From NCBI GenBank assembly GCA_964016885.1, contig OZ024765.1, forward strand, positions 21,886,001 to 21,950,000: 64,000 nt of DNA, written 5' to 3'. The notes under the pieces were generated by a model that worked only from the letters and a program-made list of their open reading frames with translations, ran no database searches and was not told the origin of the DNA. This document shows, in pieces, positions 34,559 to 46,117 of the stretch. Origin of the DNA: Eledone cirrhosa (lineage: Eukaryota). The translations under genes were made by a program, and so were the position numbers. How positions within the stretch are numbered: the first letter of the stretch is position 1; each line of letters opens with the position of its first letter.

Positions 34559-37500
34559 CTGAAACAGAGGTAAAAATATTAAGCCTTTAATTACAATATT
34601 TCTAATGACTGATACTGGAATATAACTTAACAAAGGTTCTTACATAAATTCACTCCAGTACATTTGTGAGTGTCTGAAACAGAGGTAAAAATATTAAGCC
34701 TCTAATTACAATATTTCTAATGACTGATACTGGAATATAACTTAACAAAGGCTCTTACATAAATTCACTCCAGTATAGTCTAGACGACAAATTGTCAGAG
34801 TCGTTAGAACGTCAGATAGAATGCTTTATGGTATTTGTTCCGGCTCTCCGAGTTCAAATCCCACCGAGGTCAACTTTACCTTTGATCATTTCGAGGTCGA
34901 TAAAAAAAATACCAGTTTAGTACTGGGGTCGATTCTTCCTCTATATCTCTTTCTCATTTTCCTCTCTCTCTCTCTCACATTCTATCTTTCTCTGGAAGAA
35001 ATCTGCTGAACTCAGGCCTGGGGAGGGATGGACTCCACCAGGTCTTAAAATACCCAAGAAACGCCTTATGTCAATATGGCGACCCCTACAACTCTATCAG
35101 GAGGTACTTTTTTTATCGACCTCGAAAGGATGAAAGGCAAAGTTGACCTCGGTGGGATTTGAACTCAGAGAGGAGAGAGCCAGAACAACAAGTACCATAA
35201 AGCATTCTAACTGACGTTCTAACGACTCTGACAATTAGCCATCAGTTAATTAAGAAGGAAAGAGGTAAAAAAGAACAAAAAATAAAAATAAAAACATTTT
35301 ACAAAGAAAAGGAAAGAAGAAGAATTAAAACCAACTTAGGGCCGAGTCGTAAAGGACCAAAAACTGCTGCAGTGACACACATGGGCAGACCTGTCTGGAG
35401 GGCTTCTATCCACTTTACAACAACTTCACCCAACATGTGAGGGGGCATGCCCAGCAAGGCGTGGATCAAGTCATGGCTCTGTCTGTAACGTAGCATGATA
35501 TAGACCAAGTCAGGGTCATCTATAAAGTGGACGGGTCGGCGACCATCTGGATCGAAGCCCTGGAAAGATGGGGACAGAAAGGAAGAAAGAAAAATGAATG
35601 AAGCAGAAAACGAAAGGGGATTTGAAAGGAAAAGGTCATCAAAAGGAAAAGGGGGTTGGGTTGGACTGAGAAAAGCAGTGCTAGAGATGACATACCAGCT
35701 AAAATATGTGGCCTGATCCCCTCCACTGATCTAGTGATCTGTTGTTCTGGAGATTCCCCAAAACAGACGACTAACTATTGGGGTTGATAACATTGATTAA
35801 TACTCTGAAATGGGGTTAGTGGTAGGGTTAATGTTAAGGTTATGGTCGGGAGTCAGAATGAGGTTCAGGGTTAGGGTCAGGGTCAGAGTTGGGGTAATGG
35901 TCAGGGTTATGATTGGGGTTGGGGTTATGGTCAGGGTTGGGGTTAGGGTCAGGGTCAGGGTTGGAGTTATGGTCAGGGTTGGGGTTATGGTCAGGGTTGG
36001 GGTTATGGTCAGAGTCAGGGTTGGGGTTATGGTCAGAGTTGGGGTTATGGTCAGGGTTGGGATTATGGTCAGAGTTGGGTTTATGGTCAGGGTTGGGATT
36101 ATGGTCAGGGTTGGGGTTATGGTCAGGGTTGGGGTTGGGATTATGGTCAGGGTCAGGGTCAGGGTTATGGTCAGAGTCAGGGTTGGGGTTATGGTCAGGG
36201 TTGGGGTTATGGTCAGAGTTGGGGTTATGGTCAGGGTTGGGGTTATGGTCAGGGTTGGGGTTGGGATTATGGTCAGGGTCAGGGTCAGGGTTATGGTCAG
36301 AGTCAGGGTTGGGGTTATGGTCAGAGTTGGGGTTATGGTCAGGGTTGGGGTTATGGTCAGGGTTGGGGTTGGGATTATGGTCAGGGTCAGGGTCAGGGTT
36401 ATGGTCAGAGTCAGGGTTGGGGTTATGGTCAGAGTTGGGGTTATGGTCAGGGTTGGGGTTATGGTCAGGGTTGGGGTTGGGATTATGGTCAGGGTCAGGG
36501 TCAGGGTTATGGTCAGAGTCAGGGTTGGGGTCATGGTCAGAGTTGGGGTTATGGTCAGGGTTGGGGTTATGGTCAGGGTTGGGGTTATGGTCAGGGTTGG
36601 GGTTGGGATTATGGTCAGGGTCAGGGTTATGGTCAGAGTCAGGGTTGGGGTTATGGTCAGAGTTGGGGTTATGGTCAGGGTTGGGGTTATGGTCAGGGTT
36701 GGGGTTATGGTCAGGGTTGGGGTTGGGATTATGGTCAGGGTCAGGGTCAGGGTTATGGTCAGAGTCAGGGTTGGGGTTATGGTCAGAGTTGGGGTTATGG
36801 TCAGGGTTGGGGTTATGGTCAGGGTTGGGGTTATGGTCAGGGTTGGGGTTGGGATTATGGTCAGGGTCAGGGTCAGGGTTATGGTCAGAGTCAGGGTTGG
36901 GGTTATGGTCAGAGTTGGGGTTATGGTCAGGGTTGGGGTTATGGTCAGAGTTGGGGTTATGGTCAAGGTTGGGGTCAGGGTTGGGGTTATGGTCAGAGTT
37001 GGGGTTATGGTCAGGGTTAGGGTTGGGGTTGGAGTTATGGTCAGGGATAGGGTCAGAGTGAGAATTAGAGTTAAGGTTTGGGATATACTCAAATGAGAGT
37101 TAGGGTTAGTATCAGGGTTGGGGTTAGGCTTAGTGTTAGAATGAGTGGCAGGGTTAGAATAACCGCAGTCCAGTGACTGGAAACCATTAAAATAATAAAA
37201 GAAATTCCCCAGACAAGGAAACTGAAGAACTCACATTGTAATTAAGGAATCGCCAATATTCTTTGCCCAGAGTTCCATCAGGTAAACTGTTCAGGTATTC
37301 ATAATCTATGAATTCTGTGTTAATCAGGGGTTTCTCTCTATAAATACAAAGAGACATTTTTAACCTTTTCATTATACCATATTACTAATGATAGACACTG
37401 TCTATGTCAACACTACCACTTTACAGAGTGTACTGGGTGTAGTCTATCATGACACCAACACTACCACTTTACAGAGTGTACTGGGTGTAGTCTATCATGA

Positions 37501-40500
37501 CACCAACACTACCACTTTACAGAGTGTACTGGGTGTATTTTATCATGACACCAACACTACCACTTTACAGAGTGTACTGGGTGTATTTTATCATGACACC
37601 AACACTAACACTTTACAGAGTGTACTGGGCGTATTATATCATGACACCAACACTACCACCTTACAGAGTGTACTGGGTGTATTTTATCATGACACCAACA
37701 CTAACACTTTACAGAGTGTACTGGGTGTATTTTATCATGACACCAACACTACCACTTTACAGAGTGTACTGGGTGTATTTTATCATGACACCAACACTAC
37801 CACTTTACAGAGTGTACTGGGTGTATTTTATCATGACACCAACACTACCACTTTACAGAGTGTACTGGGTGTATTTTAGCATGACACCAACACTACCACT
37901 TTACAGAGTGTACTGGGTGTATTATATCATGACACCATCACTAACACTTTACAGAGTGGACTGGGTGTATTATATCATGACACCAACACTACCACTTTAC
38001 AGAGTGTACTGGGTGTATTATATCATGACACCAACACTACCACTTTACAGAGTGTACTGGGTGTATTATATCATGACACCATCACTAACACTTTACAGAG
38101 TGTACTGGGTGTATTTTATCATGACACCAACACTAACACTTTACAGAGTGGACTGGGTGTATTTTATCATGACACCAGCACTAACACTTTACAGAGTGTA
38201 CTGGGTGTATTTTATCATGACACCAACACTACCACTTTACAGAGTGGACTGGGTGTATTATATCATGACACCAACACTACCATTTTACAGAGTGGACTGG
38301 GTGTATTATATCATGACACCAGTACTACCACCTTACAGAGTGTACTGGGTGTATTTTATCATGACACCAACACTACCACTTTACAGAGTGGACTGGGTGT
38401 ATTATATCATGACACCAACACTACCACTTTACAGAGTGGACTGGGTGTATTATATCATGACACCAGTACTACCACCTTACAGAGTGTACTGGGTGTATTT
38501 TATCATGACACCAACACTACCACTTTACAGAGTGGACTGGGTGTATTATATCATGACACCAGTACTACCACCTTACAGAGTGTACTGGGTGTATTTTATC
38601 ATGACACCAACACTACCACTTTACAGAGTGGACTGGGTGTATTTTATCATGACACCAACACTACCACTTTACAGAGTGGACTGGGTGTATTATATCATGA
38701 CACCAGCACTAACACTTTACAGAGTGTACTGGGTGTATTTTAGCATGACACCAACACTACCACTTTACAGAGTGGACTGGGTGTATTTTATCATGACACC
38801 AACACTACCACTTTACAGAGTGGACTGGGTGTATTATATCATGACACCAGCACTAACACTTTACAGAGTGTACTGGGTGTATTTTAGCATGACACCAACA
38901 CTACCACTTTACAGAGTGTACTGGGTGTATTTTAGCATGACACCAACACTACCACTTTACAGAGTGTACTGGGTGTATTATATCATGACACCATCACTAA
39001 CACTTTACAGAGTGGACTGGGTGTATTTTATGACACCAGCACTAACACTTTACAGAGTGGACTGGGCGTATTTTATCATGACACCAGCACTAACACTTTA
39101 CAGAGTGTACTGGGTGTATTTTATCATGACACCAACGCTACCACTTTACAGAGTGTACTGGGTGTAGTCTATCATGACACCAGCACTAACACTTTACAGT
39201 GTACTGGGTGTATTTTATCATGACACCAGCACTAACACTTTACAGAGTGTACTGGGTGTATTATATCATGTCACCAGCACTACCACCTTACAGAGTGTAC
39301 TGGGTGTAAAGCCACCACTTACTTTAGAATCAAGCAACCTTCTGGATCTTGTAACATCTTCATTTTGATATACTTCAAAGCAAAGTGGCCTGTGGTCTCC
39401 CCAAATGTGCTGATCATATCTGGAACAGGAGGGGGGCAGATTTTAGCTCATCACCACCACCACCATCACCACCACCACCACCATCATCACCACCATCATC
39501 ACCATCATCATCATCATCACCATCACTGTCATTATCATCATCATTAACACCATCAACATCATTACCATCACCATCATCATCATTACCCCACCCCCCACCA
39601 TTACCATCATCACCACCATCACCACCACCACCACCACCACCATCATCATCACCATCACCACCACCATCATCATCACCACCATCACCACCACCACCATCAT
39701 CATCATCACCACCATCATCATCATCACCACCATCATCATCATCACCACCACCACCATCATCACCACCACCACCACCACCACCATCACCACCACCACCACC
39801 ATCATCACCACCATCATCACCATCACTGTCATTATCATCATCATCATTACCCCCCCCCCCCCCCACCCCACCACTACCATCATCATCTTAAACACTATCA
39901 TCATTATCCTCACCACCACCTCCATCACCATCATTATCATTATCAACATCTGTATGACCATCATCATCATCACCATTATCACCATCATCATCACCATCAC
40001 CATCAGCTTACATACATCTCCACACTTTACATAAGAGACATGATAAATAATAATAATAATTGTTTCTACTTTAGGCACAAGGCCAGCAATCACCCAGTGC
40101 ATTACTGGTACTTTATTTTATCGACCCCGTAAGGATGAAAGGCAAAGTTAACCTCGGCGGGAATTGAACTCAGAATGGCAAGGGCCCTAACTCTATGCTG
40201 GAAAGCACGGCGTCCGACCCTCTACCGATACTGCCAATCCACCGCCCTTATATAATAATAATAATAATAATAATGAAATTATTGTGTACAGTGTTCAGGT
40301 GCACTACAACTCGTCAAAGGTGCATGTATAGTACATAGAATAATTGTTTCTACTTTAGGCACAAGGCCAGCAATCACCCAGTGCATTACTGGTACTTTAT
40401 TTTATCGACCCCGTAAGGATGAAAGGCAAAGTCAACCTCGGCGGGATTTGAACTCAGATCATAAAGGGACGTAACTATGCTGGAAAGCATGGCGTCCGAC

Positions 40501-43500
40501 CCTCTACTGATACTGCCAAGAATAATACACAAATGTGAGGGAAGTGAATAATGAAAGATATAAGATCTGGAGTCCTACCTACCATCTCTCTTGGGGTTGT
40601 AGAGACACATGGCAGCTGAACCGACTGTGAGTAATGTTCTCTGAAGAGCTGTGAGTTTAATATGTCCTGGGTATTCAACATCGTAATTGTGGGCCAGGTT
40701 GGTAGAATATTTCACTGCTGGGATGCATCTGGGGTCTGTAACGACGCAAATGAGAAATAAATACTTAAGAATATATAATTAATACATAAAGTTGTTGTCT
40801 AGTGACAAGACGACACCCAGTACACTCTGTAAAGTGGTTTGTGATGTATAGGATAGATACACCCAGTACACTCTGTAAAGTGGTTGGTGGTAGGAATAGT
40901 ATGACAACCTCTTCTAGTGTTGGTGGTCTAACTGATAGCTACACCCAGTACACTCTGTAAAGTGGTTGGTGGTAGGAATAGTATGACAACCTCTCCTAGT
41001 GTTGGTGGTCTAAATGATAGCTACACCCAGTACACTCTGTAAAGTGGTTGGTAGTAGGAATAGTATGACAACCTCTCCTAGTGTTGGTGGTCTAAATGAT
41101 AGCTACACCCAGTACACTCTATAAAGTGGTTGGTGATGTATAGGATAGATACACCCAGTACACTCTGTAAAGTGGTTGGTGGTAGGAATAGTATGACAAC
41201 CTCTTCTAGTGTTGGTGGTCTAAATGATAGCTACACCCAGTACACTCTGTAAAGTGGTTGGTGGTAGGAATAGTATGACAACCTCTCCTAGTGTTGGTGG
41301 TCTAAATGATAGCTACACCCAGTACACTCTGTAAAGTGGTTGGTGATGTATAGAATAGATACACCCAGTACACTCTGTAAAGTGATTGGTGGTAGGAATA
41401 GTATGACAACCTCTCCTAGTGTTGGTGGTCTAAATGATAGCTACACCCAGTACACTCTGTAAAGTGGTTTGTGATGTATAGGATAGATACACCCAGTACA
41501 CTCTGTAAAGTGGTTGGTGATGTACAGGATAGATACACCCAGTACACTCTGTAAAGTGGTTGGTGATACGAAGTGTTGAGAAGACCCTACAATTGTGCTC
41601 AAACACTCCTTCTAGCAGGTCCTGTCAGAAGCAACCATCTTACAGGGTGGACTGAATGCTTTTCTGGTTATGTCACCAGCACATTATGTTACAAAAATCA
41701 TCTTAATATAATAATTTTAGTAAATCCCTTTAAATTCTTCTCTTTTATCCACTTATTCCTGAGAGGATCATGGGGGCATTGTGCGCAAACACTCCTTCCA
41801 GGGGGTCTTGTCAGAAGCAACTGTCTCCAACTGATACGGCTGGATCCTCAAGTGAGACCAGTCAAGCTCATGGATGTTATCCAACCATGTTGCTTGGGAT
41901 CTACCCCTGGGTCTGTAGCGAAATCTGTCCACGGGTGACACCTAAAAGTCAAATTCTAGGTCACCATCCTTTGTGGTGTGGACAGGTTCATGCGTAGGCG
42001 ATCCCCTCGAGGTGGGAGACAGAAAGCAACAGGTATATAAAGCCTGTATGATCCCACGCCTAACACAGAGAGATCGGAGCAGTACGCTATAGTATAGCTA
42101 TGTAAAGATTCACTGCCTACTACAGGTGCTGAGGTCTACAGACAACCACAGACCATTACTCTCTCTCTCTCCTGGTCTCAGACTACACCAGCCTCATGAA
42201 CCAACAACAAAATAACATTGTCAACCATCGCAACTCGTGGTAACTTATTTGTTGTTCTTTTTGACTGAAGTGAAGTAAACCTTTTCATATATAAAGTAAA
42301 TCATTTATTCTTGTTCATTCAGCTAACAATTATTACTAATACCCTTCGTTAAAAGTCTCCTACCAGTTGGTTTTGTCACCGTACCCTTCGTTAAAGGTCT
42401 CCTACCAGTTGGTTTTGTCACCATACCCTTCGTTAAAGGTCTCCTACCAGTTGGTTTTGTCACCGTACCCTTCGTTAAAGGTCTCCTACCAGTTGGTTTT
42501 GTCACCATACCCTTCGTTAAAGGTCTCCTACCAGTTGGTTTTGTCACCGTACCCTTCGTTAAAGGTCTCCTACCAGTTGGTTTTGTCACCGTACCCTTCG
42601 TTAAAGGTCTCCTACCAGTTGGTTTTGTCACTGTAAAATCTGTTCACTGATTCTTTCCTGAGACATTTCGTCTTAAAATTTGTTTTGTTATCTCCTTATA
42701 ATATATAACCAGCAATTTCTCTGTTTGTCTGTCCGACAGTGGAAACACGTGCGCGCGTGCGAATGTTTTTTGCGCACGCGTAGAGAGAGAGTGAGAGTGA
42801 AAGAAAGAGACAAACTACAAGAGGGGGATAGCGGGAGGGAGAGAGGGGGGAATTGAGGAGTGCTACAGAAACATATATACATTTCTGTGTGTGTGTAATA
42901 TATATATATATACACACACAGAAATCTATATATATACACACAGAAATATATATACATTTCTGTGTGTGTAATATATATATATATACATTTCTGTGTGTGT
43001 AATATATATATATACTAGATTTGCTAGCAGAAAACCGCCCACCGGGTGGTTTTCTGCTAGTCTATATATATAAAACTGAGGATGTCTGTCTGTGTGTGTG
43101 TGAGTTTGAATCCCTAAAACTCGAGAACCACCCAACCGACTGTTTTCAAACTTTACACATGTAATACTTATGTTTCAGGGAGTGTTCTGAGCAAATAAAT
43201 TTCTAATTTTCAATGCCCTAGGGACCACATTAAGCGATTTAGCGATCTCTCTCTTAGTCTTTCTCTTTTTAGATAGATACATACAAATAACGTCACGCCC
43301 TTATAATATCTGTCTGTATGTCTGGCTGTCTACATTACATCACTTCCCTGAGGATGTTTGTCTGTGTGTGTGTGTGTCTGTGAGTTTGAATCCCTAAAAC
43401 TCGAGAAGTACCCAACCGATTTTTTTCAAGCTTTACATGTGTATTACTTATGTTTCAGGGAGTGATATGCACATAAACAAATTCAATATTTTGATCTCCT

Positions 43501-44040
43501 AGGGCCCACATTAGGTGAAAAACTGCATTTTTTCCAGCTTTTTAGCGCTTTTTGGAGGCGTTACGTCTAGCCGATTTTCCCGAAATTTCAAGGCATATTA
43601 TGCACAAAGAAAAATTAATTTTCTTGATCCCCTAGGGCCCGAATTAGGTAAAAACCTGCATTTTTTCTGCTTCATCGAGGAAAATCTTAAAGATTACCCA
43701 GCCCTCAGAATATTGGGTTTATTTTCTTTACATATTGTCCAGGCATCCAGTTTTTCCATGATTAGGTCTGTTGGCGGCCCACGTTCCAAAATACCTTATC
43801 CCGTGCAACGCCTGGTACCACTGCTAGTATTTAATATATGTATAAAATATATTTCATTTGTTTCACTAGAATTTGTGTGCGTGTGTATATAGATGTATTT
43901 GTGTGTGTAGATGTATGTGTACGTGTGTAGATATCTGTGTGAGTAATGACTTTCGTTTGTTTTTTACCTAAAGTAAGACACACACACATTATATATATAT
44001 TTATATACGCAAACACACATATAAATATATGCAGACACAT

Positions 44041-44072
<32 letters not shown>

Positions 44073-44306
44073 TATATAAAGTTTAACGAAGTTTTCTATT
44101 TACAATCAGCCTACCTCGGTTACAGAGAACCACAACAAACCAAAAGTTATTTATAAATAAAATACAAAACTACAGAAATCAATGATAAGAGACAACATAC
44201 AATGTTCGATGAGGCATTGATTATCTCTATTGTTGAGTCCTGTGACATTATTTACAGCCAAACATCTCCGACTGAGAAGTCGAAATGTAAAACTTCTGGG
44301 AAACAT
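34354..44306 (-). CDS. COQ4: Ubiquinone biosynthesis protein COQ4, mitochondrial (6 exons, 295 aa)
   Basis: Exons (minus) 44306-44201, 40735-40583, 39419-39323, 37337-37235, 35559-35336 and 34558-34354 join in frame (888 nt). The protein has an Arg-rich N-terminus resembling a mitochondrial presequence ([16 protein letters not shown]), plus [39 protein letters not shown] (HDxxH motif) and [18 protein letters not shown], all typical of COQ4. Confidence 0.95.
35336..35559 (-). CDS. COQ4: COQ4 exon 5 (HDxxH motif)
   Basis: ctttccag acceptor, gttggt donor. Confidence 0.93.
35813..37150. repeat. G-rich telomere-like hexamer array (GGGTTA/GGGTCA/GGGTTG) with higher-order structure
   Basis: Direct inspection; 18-bp core GGTTATGGTCAGGGTTGG. 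Confidence 0.9.
37235..37337 (-). CDS. COQ4: COQ4 exon 4 (EKPLINTEF...RFLNYN)
   Basis: tttatag acceptor, gtgagt donor. Confidence 0.92.
37405..39308. repeat. 48-bp minisatellite, about 39 units
   Basis: ATCATGACACCAACACTACCACTTTACAGAGTGTACTGGGTGTATTTT tandem. Confidence 0.95.
39323..39419 (-). CDS. COQ4: COQ4 exon 3 ([31 protein letters not shown])
   Basis: gttccag acceptor, gtaagt donor. Confidence 0.92.
39448..40005. repeat. (CAC/CAT)n microsatellite
   Basis: Direct inspection. Confidence 0.92.
40583..40735 (-). CDS. COQ4: COQ4 exon 2 (...[30 protein letters not shown])
   Basis: gttacag acceptor, gtaggt donor; conserved COQ4 motif. Confidence 0.9.
40814..41570. repeat. Tandem array of ACACCCAGTACACTCTGTAAAGTGG-containing units
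   Basis: Core is the reverse complement of the 37405-39308 unit. Confidence 0.9.
42340..42632. repeat. 42-bp tandem repeat, about 7 units, RTE-derived
   Basis: ACCCTTCGTTAAAGGTCTCCTACCAGTTGGTTTTGTCACCGT; minus strand reads KPTGRRP. Confidence 0.88.
43061..43827 (+). mobile_element. Non-autonomous Helitron-like element
   Basis: 5' TCTATATATATAAAA; 3' hairpin CCCGTGCAACGCCTGG and CTAG|T. A related 3' end is on - at 29617-29644. Confidence 0.6.
44201..44306 (-). CDS. COQ4: COQ4 exon 1 (putative mitochondrial targeting peptide)
   Basis: ATG at 44306, gtatgt donor, phase 1 matches exon 2; only compositional support. Confidence 0.65.
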
Positions 44307-45921
44307 TTCTCACAGAAATGTCGACTGCAAGTTGAGACAACTCACTTTTTCACAGCGAAACTTTCGTATTATTTTACATCAATTGTAAAGTACCAGTAAT
44401 GCACTGGTGGGGGTAATTGTTGGCTTTGTGCCAAACGTATAAACAATTCTAATAAAATTTTAAACAGTTAGTGTAAAAGTAATACGAAAAGGGAAACAAA
44501 AACGAAAACGACCCTCAATTCACAGAAATGTCGACTGCATGTTGAGACAACTCACTTATTCACAGCTAAACTTTCGAATTATTTACCATTAAATGTTTAA
44601 AATTATTACTTTCGTTGTTGAGTTTACTTTCTTCTTTTTTCACTTTCTTCTTTTGTTTGTTTCATTTAAATATTTTATTTTAAGGGGTACATGGCCCAGT
44701 GGTAAATGTGTTGGACTTAGGATCATAATTCTTGGACTGGGTTGTGTGTTGTGTTCTTGAGCAAAACACTTTAGTTCACATTGCTCCAGTGGTAAGGGTG
44801 TTGGTCTTAGGATCATAATGTCATTGGTTCGATTGCTGGACTTGGCTGTGTGTTGTGTTTTTGAGCAAAATACTTTATTTCTTATGAATCCGGCAGATTC
44901 TCTATGACAAGAGCTGGGCAGGCAGAGGAAGTGTAAATGGTGGATTTACAACATGGCTGAGTGGACAGGGAAGAACTTTGCCAGAACTCAAGCATTCGCT
45001 CATAACAGCCAGAGATGGAAGCAGTTAATGAAGCATTTGGCATGGCCAGTGTCTCAACAACGCCAAAAGTGGTTATGGAACCATGATGATGATGATGATG
45101 ATGATGGTTATATGTAAGTGTATATTTACAAGTAGATTGTAAAAACATGCAAACATGGAACGAGGCGGTGAGATAAAGAAAAGGTAAACCATTTTATAAA
45201 CATATCTGTAACTATGTTGGTATAGCCATGTTGAGTGCAGTGAGGGCTGTATCAGATCAGCAAAGTGATGAATGTCGATCCAGGAGGCAGTAGAGGCCCA
45301 GGAAGACCAAAGAGGACTTGGATGATACCCATCAGGATCAAGCTGGGTTTGACCTAACCAACTGAGACTGGGGGACAGAAACACATGGAGCAGGACGCTA
45401 AGAGCAAAGTGGTGAGATAAAGAAACAGTGAACCATTTTCTAAACATATCTGTAAGTTTATATTTACAAGTAGATTGTAAAAACATGCAAACATGGAGCG
45501 AGGCGGTGAGATAAAGAAAAGGTGAACCATTTTATAAACATATCTGTAACTGTATAGTTTTCAACTATCAGTAACCATGCCTCAGGTAACCCTCATTGGC
45601 TAAAACATATGTGTAAGTTTATATTTACAACAGACATGTCAACTCTCAGTGTCCAACAGGGAGATATCCCATCCACTTTGTCTTCTCTTGTGAAAATGGG
45701 TATAGCTTTCATTAATGTAAAAATCTCCCCATTTTGCCTCTTTTCTCCCCATTTTGGGGCCACCTTTGTTCATGGTTCTCCCTGTTTGGGGTTTTTGAGG
45801 TTGGCAGGTCTGATACAAGTAGATCGTAAAAACATGTAAACATGGAGCGGGGTGGTGAGTTAAAGAAAAGGTGAACCAAAACTAAAAAAAAAATAAGAAA
45901 GCCAGATGGAGTGTTGATAGA

Positions 45922-46117
45922 TTTATTAACATAAAATATATATTGCTATTTAGAGAAATAATAAAGCAGTTGGAATATCAGGGAAATGTTTGTTTCCAAA
46001 TAGCATCTGTAAGATTCCTTATAAACCATCACCATTCACTAAAACACTACAGTAGAGACATCTTTTGAATGTTTTATTAAACAAAAAGACAGGAGCAATT
46101 GTAGGGAGGTTTTCAAG
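45922..46117 (-). other. Probable hemocyanin terminal exon (2 coding nt + TGA + 3' UTR)
   Basis: Strong acceptor tcttcttttgtcttttccag followed by CT TGA; AATAAA at 46078-46073 and 45927-45922. Confidence 0.7.

Noticed and set aside
35797-39167. Long T/P-, V/G- and Y/V-rich ORFs
   Set aside because: Translations of minisatellites in COQ4 introns; no gene structure
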